This document shows positions 28,948 through 39,617 of a stretch of 64,000 nt of DNA, piece after piece. The stretch is taken from positions 480,001 through 544,000 of the forward strand of contig CBDBHB010000007.1 in NCBI GenBank assembly GCA_965205505.1, read 5' to 3'. Numbering within the stretch: the stretch's first letter is position 1; each line of letters begins with the position of its first letter. Source of the DNA: Acidobacteriota bacterium. Lineage in GTDB: Bacteria > Acidobacteriota > UBA890 > WLXD01. The position numbers were made by a program, and so were the translations under genes. Below the pieces are notes generated by a model. It made no database searches and had not been told where the DNA came from. It was given only the letters and a program-made list of their open reading frames with translations.

Positions 28948-31937
28948 TCGAGAACGAACTCGACGTTGAAGAGCCGCTCGGGCTCGGGCGGCTTGTATCG
29001 ACGGGCGTGGGCGTGATCGCGCCACTTCTCGTATACGGTGTCCGCCCGCGAGTCGACCTTCTCGAGGTCGGCCTCGATGTCCTGCACGCGCTCCTCGTGA
29101 CGCAGAACGCGCTCCTGAGCAGCCTGTCGGGCCTCGGTCCCGAGGGCGCGGTCGCGGGCCATCTCGGCCTGCTCGAGGGCCGCCGCCACGTCGGTTAGCT
29201 CGCGGCGGAGAACAAGGGAGCGGTCGTCCATGAACTGATTGAGCTGGTCGAGGGCGCGCTCGAAGCGATCCTGCTCGCGTCGGGCGGCGTCCGACTGATC
29301 AAGAAACATCTCCTCGTCAACGACCTCGTCGAGGTCGCCCTTCGTCAGTTTGCATGGAGGGTCGTTGTTCGAGAGGTCCTCGCAGGGGAGGCGGAGCAGC
29401 TCGCGGGCGGCCTCGGCAGGGCGGAGCACCTCGGAGTCTTCGAAGATCGCGGTTACCACCAGTCGGTCCTCGCTCTCGTAGCCGGAGTAGGAGACCTTGG
29501 TGAGCGCCAGTCGTCCGCCGGCGCCGCGGCGGGCCTTGAGGACGGGGGAGCTGTCGTCGGCGAGGAGGAAGCGGAGCCGGAAGTCACCGGTACCGCTTTG
29601 TTGCGACTCTCTAACGGCGGCCTTGATCAGCGGGTGCCGACCATGGAGCGACTCAATTTCCTCCAGAGAGCTGGAGTGGCCCAGTGCTACCCGAATACCC
29701 TCGGCGAGGGGGGCGGGGAGCGCTTCTGACTCCGGGACCTCGATGATGCGCTTGCCGTTGTCGGCGTGGAGAGTGTGCTGTGCGCCGATGGCCTCCAGGT
29801 AGGCAGTGGCCACGCGCTCCAGGTCGCTGTCGAGTTCGGCGAGCGTCGCCGGGAGCTCTTCACGAATCTGGCGGAAGACGGCTCGCACCGACTCGTCGAG
29901 ACGGCTCTCGATCAGGCCGACCGTGTGCTCGCGTACGTCTTCGAGCGAACGGCGGCGCTCATCGACGGAGTCTCGCAGTCGACGCAGCTCGACCTCTACC
30001 TCCTGCACCGAGCGAGCGCGATCCCAGATGCGGCGGATCTCGGCCTCGAAGTCCGGGCCGAGACTCATGCCCAGCTCGGCGGTACCGTCATCGCTGCTCT
30101 CGTGCAGAACCTCGTCGGACATGCCAAGGACCGAGCCGAAGAGCTCGAGCTTCTGACTGAGGATGTCGAAGGTGAGCCGTTGAGCCTCGTTGTCCTTCGC
30201 CAGGAAGTTGATGACGGCGACATCACGGGTCTGGCCGTAGCGGTGGCAGCGGCCGATGCGCTGCTCGATGCGCTGAGGGTTCCACGGCAGGTCGTAGTTG
30301 ACGATGGTGTCGCAGAACTGGAGGTTCAGGCCCTTGGCGCCAGCCTCGGTGGAGATGAACACGCGCGAGCGGGTCCTGAACTCGTGCACCAGCGCCAGGC
30401 GCACGGCGATGTTGGGGCTCGGCCGGGAATGAGAGGGGAGGCCGTTTCCGATCTCTTCCTGCCACCTCGCGAGGGCGTCTCGGGCACGTGGGTGGCCGTT
30501 GGCGCCAGAGAAGAGAGTGATCTCGTCTTCGCGCAGGCCGGCCTTCTCCACCAGAAGGTCGCGTAGGTAACTCTGGGTCGTCAGCGACTCGGTGAAGATG
30601 ACCACCTTGTGGCTGCCGCTCTCCCTCTTGCCAATGGTCTCCACGGCAGTCACGAGACTCTGGGCCTTGCTGTCGTGGGGGAGGTCTTGGGCGCGGCGGA
30701 TGAAACCCTCGACCTCTGCGAGTTCGTTGCGAACATCCGCGGACTTGGGGGCGGAGGAGGTCTCCTCGGTCACGGCGGGGCTGGTGTCGTCCTCGTCCTC
30801 GAGGTCGGTGAGGAAGTCGGCGCTCAGCTCGGCGGTGTCGTCCTGTTCCAGGCCGCGTACAAGTTTGCGAAGGCGGTTGGCGACCTGGTGCAGGCTCGCG
30901 GCGAGAGCAGCCGTGGACGAGGCCATGCGGCGATGGAAACCGATCAGGAGGAGCTGCCGCGAGCGGCCGCGGAATGCGTGCAGGGTTGGGCGGAGCAGGT
31001 AGGCGGTAACGTCGTCGTAGAGCGAACGCTCGTCGGGTTCCATCTTGTACTCAAACAGGCGCGCGCTGCGACCGACGAACGGCTTCTCCAGGAACTCCTG
31101 AGCCTGGCGACGCAGGGTTCGATGCACCACTGATGCGAGACGACGTCGCAGGTCGGGCGATTGCTCCGGGACGATCCGGCGTCCCGCGGGATCCTGGCAG
31201 AAGAGCTTCCTGAAGGTGGGGCGAAGGCCCAGCAAGGTGCCCGATCGCTCAACGTACTGCACGAGCCCCCACAGCTCGAGCAGCGAGTTCTGCATGGGGG
31301 TGGCGGTGAGGAGCAGTACTGGCGAGGGCCCTATCAGCGCGCGCACCCTATGCGCGGTTTGCGCCTCCTTGTGCTCCTCCTGGTAGGTGCCGAGGCCATC
31401 GAATCGCCGATGAATCCCCGCGAACAGCTCGTGCGCCTCGTCGATCACGCAGAGATCGAACGGTGGGCCTGAGCCGAGCCTCTCAGAGCCGCGCTGGCCG
31501 CCGGCCCACTCGCGCCCGGCCAGGAAGACCCCAGGCCCATCGGTGTCGGTGCCTGGCTCCGACGCCTCGAACGCCGAGATCCCGAACAGCGTGAACAGCT
31601 CGTCCTGCCATTGGCCAACCAGTGCCCGCGGCAGGATGATCAGAATCCGCTCCGCGCTCTCGGCGAGCAGCTGGGCGATGACCAGCCCAGCCTCGATCGT
31701 CTTGCCGAGGCCAACCTCGTCGGCCAGGACACAACCGCCCTCGGGGATCCGTTGCAGCGCGAACATGACTGCGTCGATCTGGTGCGGGTTCGGGTCGATA
31801 CGGCCCTGCCGCTGAGACGCCGCGTAGCGCCGTGCCTCGCCGGCGCGGCGTCGTCGGACGAGATCTTCCGCGTAGTAGCGCCGATGGATCGGATGGAGGC
31901 CACCCATCAGATTCGTCTGGTTTCGGCGGGAGGCCAC
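28944..31937 (-). CDS. SNF2-family helicase/translocase
   Basis: NPHQIDA, LADEVGLGKT, DEAH, LLTATP, STEAGAKGLNLQ, WNPQRIEQRIGRCHRYGQ; C-terminal coiled coil. Confidence 0.93.
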   Translation of the reverse strand: MASRRNQTNLMGGLHPIHRRYYAEDLVRRRRAGEARRYAASQRQGRIDPNPHQIDAVMFALQRIPEGGCVLADEVGLGKTIEAGLVIAQLLAESAERILIILPRALVGQWQDELFTLFGISAFEASEPGTDTDGPGVFLAGREWAGGQRGSERLGSGPPFDLCVIDEAHELFAGIHRRFDGLGTYQEEHKEAQTAHRVRALIGPSPVLLLTATPMQNSLLELWGLVQYVERSGTLLGLRPTFRKLFCQDPAGRRIVPEQSPDLRRRLASVVHRTLRRQAQEFLEKPFVGRSARLFEYKMEPDERSLYDDVTAYLLRPTLHAFRGRSRQLLLIGFHRRMASSTAALAASLHQVANRLRKLVRGLEQDDTAELSADFLTDLEDEDDTSPAVTEETSSAPKSADVRNELAEVEGFIRRAQDLPHDSKAQSLVTAVETIGKRESGSHKVVIFTESLTTQSYLRDLLVEKAGLREDEITLFSGANGHPRARDALARWQEEIGNGLPSHSRPSPNIAVRLALVHEFRTRSRVFISTEAGAKGLNLQFCDTIVNYDLPWNPQRIEQRIGRCHRYGQTRDVAVINFLAKDNEAQRLTFDILSQKLELFGSVLGMSDEVLHESSDDGTAELGMSLGPDFEAEIRRIWDRARSVQEVEVELRRLRDSVDERRRSLEDVREHTVGLIESRLDESVRAVFRQIREELPATLAELDSDLERVATAYLEAIGAQHTLHADNGKRIIEVPESEALPAPLAEGIRVALGHSSSLEEIESLHGRHPLIKAAVRESQQSGTGDFRLRFLLADDSSPVLKARRGAGGRLALTKVSYSGYESEDRLVVTAIFEDSEVLRPAEAARELLRLPCEDLSNNDPPCKLTKGDLDEVVDEEMFLDQSDAARREQDRFERALDQLNQFMDDRSLVLRRELTDVAAALEQAEMARDRALGTEARQAAQERVLRHEERVQDIEADLEKVDSRADTVYEKWRDHAHARRYKPPEPERLFNVEFVLE

Positions 31938-31944
31938 TGCTGCG

Positions 31945-32659
31945 TCACCCGTTGTTCTCCCGCGCAGGAACGACCAACTCGGTCAGCAGTGGCCGATGGT
32001 CGCTTGCCTCGGACCACTCGTCGAAGCTGGCCACCGACACATCGCTGATCATGTGAGACCAGTTCGCGGGAATGAAGCAGTAATCGATGTGGAAAGGCTG
32101 GTCCAGCTTCCACTGGGTGGTAGTAGGTGGGGCGGGTTTCCTCGCCGTGGCCCTCGCCGTGAAAGACGTGATAGGCGCTGACGAGCCCTAGCTCTTCCAT
32201 CCGACGAACAACTTCAGCGTGATTCAGCCTCGAGTTCGGTAGGTCGAAAGCGCTGCTCGTGTTGAAATCTCCAGCAATCACGGTCGGTGTCTGACGGATC
32301 ATCCCTTCAAAGTGTTCCAGCACCGCGTACATCACCTCAACGTAGGTCGGCTTTGGCAAGGTCCAAACACCAATGAGGTTGAACCGCTCTGGGCCGTCTA
32401 CTCGGGCCGCAATCGTGTGCCCCGGCCCATCATCGAGTCGGGTTAGCTCCCATCCCTGACGCGAGACGATGCCGAGGCCATGGTTGGGTTTGTCACCGGT
32501 CCATAAGACGCGGCCGTCGAGCACCGAGTCCTGAGGTGAAGCGCACTCCGGCAGGACCGCGACATCCGGCTGCAGCGGAGCAAGTTGTTCCCAGGAATCC
32601 TCGATGGCGCCGCGAAAGACGTTCCAAGAGCAGATGCGAATTGTTTGGGTTGCCATCAT
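31945..32659 (-). CDS. Endonuclease/exonuclease/phosphatase (EEP) protein, frameshift near 32115
   Basis: ICSWNV, PDVAVLPE, IAGDFN; the shifted frame gives FHIDYCF..SDHRP and a TGA at 31945. Confidence 0.85.
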
Positions 32660-32982
32660 CAGCGGGAGAGAGACTCCGGATGCCGGGTGTACGGCACGCC
32701 AGCGCTCACAATGGTCGCAGGAGGCCGGACGGAGCGTAGTGTTTCCTCATCTGATGGTGGGCTCAAGGGGAGCAGGCGACCGGTGGAAGCAGATTGAAGC
32801 CTGGTGAGCGGAGGCCGGACTTTGTCGCTGAGCCTGGCCGCGTCATTTCGAGCTCAGCTCGCCTGGCCAGCCCCTACGGGCGCGGGGTCTTGTCGGCCTT
32901 CTTCCAGAAGTCCTTCTTTGGCGCGGTCCGCATCCTCGAGCTCGGGGCGGCAGGCCCCGAGCCCGAGCACGAAAGGACGAAC

Positions 32983-33681
32983 ATGCCGCGGCGCAAGAAG
33001 CCAGAACCGAAGCCCGCTTCACTCTGGGAGCTACCCCAGTTGCTGGCGGTTTACGCCCTGTGCGGCGGATCTGAGCGCCGGCGCTACGTTGCCTACGTCG
33101 GCATTGCGAGAAAACTGAGGCGGCGTATCGGACAGCACCTGATTACAAGAGACAGCGGCGTGGCCGTTGGTACCTCGGCAGTAGGAATCAACGCCGCCGA
33201 CTACGTTACCGAGGTCTGCTGGTGGCAAAGCGGCAGCTTCCGAGGCAAGTACGCACTAGAAGCTGCCGAGATGGTCGCTACGGAGATCTTGCAGCCCGCC
33301 ATCAAAGCACGGTGCGTCAGGCCGAGCCGACACTTCGACGAGCGGCGAGGCCGAGAAGAAATCCATCTGTACTGGCAATGCCTCGATGATGGATCGGCGC
33401 AGCGCGTCGTGTTCCGGCAGAAGCTCAACCATCCCGAGTACATCGGCCTGAATAGCTACTTCTACAAGTGGTTCGCGGTGCTGCTTGGAGTCCCGGAAGC
33501 GGGCGAAGGGATGCCGTTCGTTGATTTCGAAGGGGTCAACGCGAAGATCTCGTTGCGAGCCTCGGGCCGTGGACCGGCAGCCTACACAGTCGTGCCTTCA
33601 CCCCAACCCACTGACCCACCAACCCATACCCAGCTCACTACGAGTCTGACGCGCGTAGACGGGACTGGGGTGGCTGATTGA
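32983..33681 (+). CDS. Protein with GIY-YIG-like N-terminus, possibly chimeric
   Basis: AVYAL..YVGIARKLRRRIGQHL..LEAAE; AAAGGA RBS before ATG 32983. Confidence 0.55.
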   Translation: MPRRKKPEPKPASLWELPQLLAVYALCGGSERRRYVAYVGIARKLRRRIGQHLITRDSGVAVGTSAVGINAADYVTEVCWWQSGSFRGKYALEAAEMVATEILQPAIKARCVRPSRHFDERRGREEIHLYWQCLDDGSAQRVVFRQKLNHPEYIGLNSYFYKWFAVLLGVPEAGEGMPFVDFEGVNAKISLRASGRGPAAYTVVPSPQPTDPPTHTQLTTSLTRVDGTGVAD

Positions 33682-33890
33682 CCTTGACACGCAAGGTGCT
33701 GCCCATCCTCCTGACCGCGGACGAGACGGCCGAAGTCCTCCGCACCTCCCGGGAGGCCATCTACGCTATGGCCGCCCGCGGCCAGCTGCCTGGCGTCGTT
33801 CGGATCGGCCGCCGCATGCTCATCCGGTCCGAAGACCTGCTACGCTCGCTCGATGAAAGCCGTGCGCCATCAGCGCGAAAGGAGCGTTGA
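33678..33890 (+). CDS. Excisionase-like HTH_17 protein
   Basis: [34 protein letters not shown]; overlaps the integrase start. Confidence 0.88.
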   Translation: MTLTRKVLPILLTADETAEVLRTSREAIYAMAARGQLPGVVRIGRRMLIRSEDLLRSLDESRAPSARKER

Positions 33891-35011
33891 TGAGCGTAAC
33901 GATCAGACCCTATCGACGTGGCGGCTGGGAGGTCGACATCCGCATTCGGATGCACGACGGAACTGAGATACGGAGGCGATGGAAATCTCCCGTCACCTCG
34001 AAATCCGGTGCCCGGCGCTGGGGGCAGGCGCGTGAGCGGCAGCTACTGGCCAAGGGACCACCGAGACCATCAAAGGAGGTGCCGACACTGGCGCAGTTCG
34101 CTCCCCGGTACATGGATGGCCACGTTCGAGCCAACCGGCTCAAGCCGAGTACTCAGGCCTTTCAGGAGTCGATCCTGCGAGTCCACCTGATTCCGACGCT
34201 TGGGCAGCGCAGGCTCGACGCCATCGGCAACGAAGACGTGCAGCGGCTCAAGCAACGCCTCAGCACCAGGGCCGTCAAGACGGTCAACAACGTGCTGTCG
34301 GTGCTGAGTCAGCTGCTGAAATGCGCTGTGGAGTGGGACGTTATCGACACGATGCCATGCAGGATCAGGCTGCTTACCGTCACACCGACGGAGGCGGCCT
34401 TCCACGACTTCGAGGAGTTCGAGCGACTCGTCGAGGCGTCGGGATATGACTCTCGCGCGCGGGCGATCGTGCTGCTGGGCGGAGAAGCCGGGCTACGGTG
34501 CGGGGAGATGATGGCGCTGGAGTGGAACGACGTCGACTTCAGCGGGGGGCGACTGCAAGTCGTCCGATCCGATTGGAAGGGCCACGTCACCACACCCAAG
34601 AGCGGTCGACCCCGCACCGTACCGATGACGGCCAGGTTGCAGGAGGCGTTGCGGAAGCTGCGCCACCTGCGCGGGCCTCGTGTTGTCTGCGAGCCTGATG
34701 GCAGCCCGCTGACACAGAAAGTCGTGCAGAACCTGGTGCGCGGGGCGGCGCGGCGCGCCAACCTCGCCAACGAGGGTGTGCATGTGCTGCGGCACACGTT
34801 CTGCTCGCATCTGTCGATGCGGGGGGCGCCGGTGAGGGCCATCCAGGAACTCGCCGGGCACTCCAACCTGTCCACCACACAGCGCTACATGCACCTGTCT
34901 CCGGCAGCCCTGAAAGAGGCAATCGGGTTGCTCGAGGAGCCCCAAAAGGCTCCCCGTTTTGGAGACATCCTGGAGACGGCCGTGGAGGTGGCCGCTAACT
35001 CTAATAAATAA
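33887..35011 (+). CDS. Tyrosine integrase
   Basis: [33 protein letters not shown]. Confidence 0.96.
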   Translation: MMSVTIRPYRRGGWEVDIRIRMHDGTEIRRRWKSPVTSKSGARRWGQARERQLLAKGPPRPSKEVPTLAQFAPRYMDGHVRANRLKPSTQAFQESILRVHLIPTLGQRRLDAIGNEDVQRLKQRLSTRAVKTVNNVLSVLSQLLKCAVEWDVIDTMPCRIRLLTVTPTEAAFHDFEEFERLVEASGYDSRARAIVLLGGEAGLRCGEMMALEWNDVDFSGGRLQVVRSDWKGHVTTPKSGRPRTVPMTARLQEALRKLRHLRGPRVVCEPDGSPLTQKVVQNLVRGAARRANLANEGVHVLRHTFCSHLSMRGAPVRAIQELAGHSNLSTTQRYMHLSPAALKEAIGLLEEPQKAPRFGDILETAVEVAANSNK

Positions 35012-35024
35012 AGCAACTTGTAAG

Positions 35025-35098
<74 letters not shown>

Positions 35099-35339
35099 TG
35101 CGAATACCTCCGGATGCTCGCGGAGAAAGAGCGCAATCGCCAGCCGTTCGGAACACAGATCACAAGACAGCGCGTGGGAAGTCGACAACAGCAGGGGCTC
35201 GTCAGTACCTTACGGACCGAGCATACGAACTCTGGCGACTGCTCCTGGCCGGGTAGGCATCTCCACTAAGCTCGTGCGTGGGGTGCTCTCCACTCCGCAC
35301 GGTTTTCGGAAGAGAGCCAGTCTCGGAGCTCCGCTGCTG

Positions 35340-35560
35340 CTCGGTCCAGCAGTGGAACACCAGCTCCATCTCGCGGATCTGGAACCGGTTGCGCTGGTAA
35401 AAGTTCAGCGCCCTTGGGTTGCGTCCGGCACCCCCACCACCGCGTTGGGGCGGCCGGCCTGCTGGTGGTGGTGCAGCGCCGCCTTCACCAGGGCGGAGCC
35501 GGTGCCGCTGTCGCGCACGCCTACCATCTCCAGCGCGCCGGAGGTGACGCCTGCTGAAAT
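35340..35560 (-). pseudogene. GNAT acetyltransferase remnant
   Basis: Fragments VRDSGTGSALVKAAL and NPRALNFYQR on the minus strand. Confidence 0.4.
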
Positions 35561-35844
35561 CGCTACTCCAGTAGCTTGGCGAAGAAGGTGTCGAAGTCGA
35601 AAGCTACGCCGATGATGCCTCGGATGTCGGACTCGTCAATAAGCTCGACCCGGGTGGCGTAGGTAATCGAGAGGGGTACCTTCAGCCCCGTGCCCGTGAG
35701 TAGGCGGCTTCGCCGTCGATTCGTACCTCGGCCTCGCCGCATCCGCAAACGCCACACGTCGGTCAGACTCACCCGCTCTCGTTGTCGGGCCGCGGCACGC
35801 CTTGCTGCACGGTCGGACGCCCAACCGCACGCCGCTACCAAGAT

Positions 35845-37039
35845 CTATGTCATCACATCGTCGCGATGGCCCAGCTTGCCCGCTGCCACCATGGCGCTCA
35901 AGACATCGAGAATCACGCGGCAGGCCAATTGCGATGTGTTGTCGTTGACATCGTAGGGCGGGGACACCTCGACTACTTCCATTCCGCACAGACCCTCGCC
36001 GGCGATGGCCTTGATCATCTGGAACGCCTCTCTCGGCATGAAGCCACCCGGTTCCGGCGTTCCCGTGCCGGGCGCGAACGCCGGATCCAAGGAATCATTG
36101 TCGAACGACAGGTACACCGCCTTTGCCCCCTTCCAGGCCAGCTCGAGTGCCACCTCAGCTGTCTTCGCCGGGCCCATTGTCTCGAAATCATGCATGGTCA
36201 GTACGCTAGTGCCGCGCTCACGGGCAACTTTGCTGCCGGGACGAGATCCGTACCAGCCGCCGATTCCGATTTGCACGAGGTTCTTTGGCGGGCAATTCGA
36301 CAGTCCGACGTCGTGCATATGGCTATGATCATGGTGCGCACCGGAACCATGGGTGTGTTCGCTCACCTCCGGGTGGTTGTTCGAGGTCCAAAACCACGGC
36401 GTTGTATGCATGCGCTCGTCCATATCCATTTCCTGCATATCGATGTGTTCGGTCGAAATGGATGATGCCGACGTTGCCGTCGATGTGCGGAGCAATGCCG
36501 CGAACGTGCGGGTAGCCCAATGAATGATCGCCGCCACACATGATGGGAAACGCCCCGGACGTGTAGACGTGCGATACGGCTTTCGACACCTGATCGAACG
36601 TTTTTTCGATGTTGCCCGGTATCACGAACACATCGCCAGCATCACAGATGTCGAGCTCTTCGGTGAGATCCACGCCGGCATCCACCGAATAGCCGTCATA
36701 CAGCGCTGAGATCCTGCGCACAGCTTGGGGCCCGAAGCGAGTGCCGGATCGATACGTCGTGCCCGTATCGAACGGAACGCCGAGGAACGCGGCCTCGTAC
36801 TTGCCGACCTCGTTGATATCCTCGCAATATGGCGCCCTCATGAAGGTATTGATTCCCGCGAAAGCCGGCTGCGAACCGCGCGCGAAAAGCGAGATCGACC
36901 GGTCGTTGATTGAATCCGCCGCCTCCAATCCGAGCTTCAACTGCCTTTGAACTTCCTCGTCCTGCTTGGTTTGAGAAATCCTCTTCAGCTTGTCGAGATT
37001 CTCATTCCCTTCGAATGTGGGTGGTTTCGCGTCGCTCAT
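35845..37039 (-). CDS. Guanidinase (GdmH)-like ureohydrolase, frameshift near 36450
   Basis: FAGINTF, GTTYRSGTRFGP, GGDHS, HFDRHID..DERMHTTPWF, DNDSLDPAFAPGTG, EVSPPYD. Confidence 0.88.
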
Positions 37040-37116
37040 GCTCAGTACTCCCTCATTGCGGACACAGTTCAGTAAAGACGCTCGCTCTGTCCAGGAAGCC
37101 CGCAGTTCCACACATG

Positions 37117-37841
37117 TCAGTGTCGTCCCACGAACGTGATCACCACCGGGCTGTAGATCAGGTGAACCGCAATACTCATGGAGAAAATGCCGATACACGT
37201 CTGCAGGGCACGGCTCACGCGCGTCATGGTGTTTGCCGAATACGCAATCGGAAGTGCGATCGCACATGATAGGCACGCCATCCCGATGATCGAGCCCACG
37301 CCGAACGTAAGGCCGTAGGCGACCGCGACCAGCACGCCGTCGAGCCGGGCTGCCGCAAAAACGATCAGGGCCGCCGATCCCGCCAATCCATGCATCGCAC
37401 CGATGAACAGCATCTTGAGCGAGTTGCACCTCGAATGCTCATGGTCGTGGTCATGGCTCTTAGCAGGGTGCTGCCCCGCCCGGCGATGGGCGTGCGCATG
37501 GAGGTGACGTAAACCTCCGGCATGTACATGAACTTGAAAATGGACGCGGTCACGGTACAGCCGAAAGATCACCCCGGCACCCAGTATGAAGAGCATCACC
37601 CCGACCAGGAATTCGAGGACGGAGGTGAGCGACGGATCAACCTCGGCACCCACGACCTGTGTTCCGATGATGACGCACAGCAGCGTCGTGGCATGGCCGA
37701 CTCCCCACATCACGCCATGCCGAATGATACTCATCGAGGAACGCTGCCCCGACACGGCGCTGGCGACGGCGGCCACGTGATCGGCTTCGAGGGAATGCTG
37801 CAGCCCGATGAACAAGCCGAGAGCAAAACAGGAAGCATCAT
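37117..37841 (-). CDS. Nickel/cobalt transporter (UreH/NicO-like); 5' homopolymer shift
   Basis: HSLEADH, WGVGH, His-rich loop, GAMHGLAGS. Confidence 0.88.
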
Positions 37842-38226
37842 GGCTGTTCCCGCCCTTCTATTTGCGCCGTTGATCCGGAGGGTATCCCGCCCGTCGCCCC
37901 GGCCCTCGTTGATCGCTGATGACGATCACGTTGCAATCCGGATGGCGCGCCACCGTAGTCGAGGAACGCAACTTGGCTTCAGGAAACGAGGCCTGAGCGT
38001 ATTCGGCCGCGTGGATTCTCGCCAGCAATCGATCGCCCGTGAAGATTTCGCACCACCGGCGTGGGGCTCACAAATGCAGAGGGGCGCCGGGAGGATGGCC
38101 GGTATTATGATGACGACGCCTCGTTGTTGGACGCTCTCAGGAATCCGATGCTCGCTTCTGTCTTTCCGACGGGCCGATGGAGCCTCGCAAGCGGCCGGGA
38201 ATCATTGCCAACCCTGGAGGGGAGTC

Positions 38227-39481
38227 ATGTCGCGGCATGATCGGCGCACCTTCCTCAGGCTGACCGGAGCTGGTGCGCTGGCGTTGGGTAGCACCAAGGG
38301 ATTGCAGGCCGCGGCCACCCCGGCACACACGTCCGGACGGGCGACCGCATCGACGGTGGACGTGGCGGTCATCGGGGCGGGAGCGTTCGGCGGTTGGACA
38401 GCCCTTTATCTGCGAGAGATGGGGCACCGGGTCACCCTCATCGACGCCTACGGCGCAGGCAACGCACGGGCCTCCTCCGGCGGGGAGACTCGGCAGATCC
38501 GTACCCAATATGGCGAACGCGAGATCTACACCCGATGGGTCGTGCAGGCGTTCGACCGTTGGGAAGCGCGCCAGAGGGAGTGGGGTGGACGGCCGCTGTT
38601 TTACCGTACGGGCCAGCTGACGTTGGCGCGTCAATGGTCCGAGTACCTGCGGGCCTCCAAGGAGGTGCTCGATCGACACGGGATCGACAACGAAGTCGTG
38701 CCTCACGACGAGCTGTCTCGGCGCTATCCTCAGTTCAACCACCAGGAGTTCGAATTCGGGTTTTCTGTGCCCAGCACCTGGTGTCCTCATGGCACGGCGT
38801 GCCTGTTTCGCCGTTGCAGGCGCCTTCGAGCGCGCCGGCGGTACGCTGGTCACGGCTAGGGCGCAGCCCGGGCGGCGCGCCGGAGGCAAGCTACTGGAGC
38901 TCGAGCTGTCGACCGGCGCGCCGGTGTCGGCAGACACGTTCGTCTTCGCCTGCGGACCATGGCTGCCGAAGGTGTTTCCCTCCGTGATGAAGAACAAGCT
39001 CCAGACTCCGCGCGCCAGCATCTTTTGGTACGGCGTGCCGGCCGACGACAACCGGTTCATCTACCCCAACTGTCCGACGTGGGACATGCAGGGCGCCTAC
39101 GGCTTTCCTAGCATCGAGGGCCGCGGCTGGAAGGTGCGACCCTATTTGGACAGCATCTCGTTCGATCCGGACACCGGCGAACGGATCGTGACCGCCGAGG
39201 AGATCGAGAAGGCGCGCCAGTTCGTGGCGCACGCCTTCCCTGCTCTCGCGGACCAGCCGGTGCTCGAGTCGCGGGTGTGCCAGTTGGAGAACAGCGTGGA
39301 TGATCACTTCATCGTCGACCGCCACCCGGAGATGGACAACGTCTGGATCGTCGGCGGCGGCTCCGGCCACGGCTACAAACACGGCATCATGATGAGCGAC
39401 TACGTGGCACATCGTGTCGTGGGGGACGATCGCAGCCCGGAGTTGGCCGACACGTTCAAGCTCAAGACGGACACCTTCTGA
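38227..39481 (+). CDS. Tat-exported FAD-dependent oxidoreductase (sarcosine oxidase/DAO family), frameshift near 38775
   Basis: DRRTFL Tat motif, VIGAGAFG, SSGGETRQIR, GGSGHGYK. Confidence 0.88.
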
Positions 39482-39617
39482 ACTCTGAAAGCGACGGATC
39501 TGCCTGTATCCAGCGGGATTCCCGAGCTACCGTTGATCCAATTCACCAGGTCGGGCCTTCGCCCAGGTACGGCTGGCGCCGGACGGCTCGACGGCGTTGA
39601 CTCGAGGGAGTCGAAGG

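Noticed and set aside
24545-31937. Calling the cassette Wadjet or Lamassu
   Set aside because: No kleisin/KITE/Toprim (Jet) genes and no LmuA/LmuC-like arrangement; the nuclease is Mre11-type.
35563-35700. Minus-strand ORF tail GLKVPLSITY..FDFDTFFAKLLE
   Set aside because: Looks like a real protein C-terminus, but too short to assign and lacks a credible start.
37842-38100. Guanidine riboswitch upstream of the Ni transporter/ureohydrolase
   Set aside because: Could not match class I, II or III consensus features by eye; an Rfam scan would decide.
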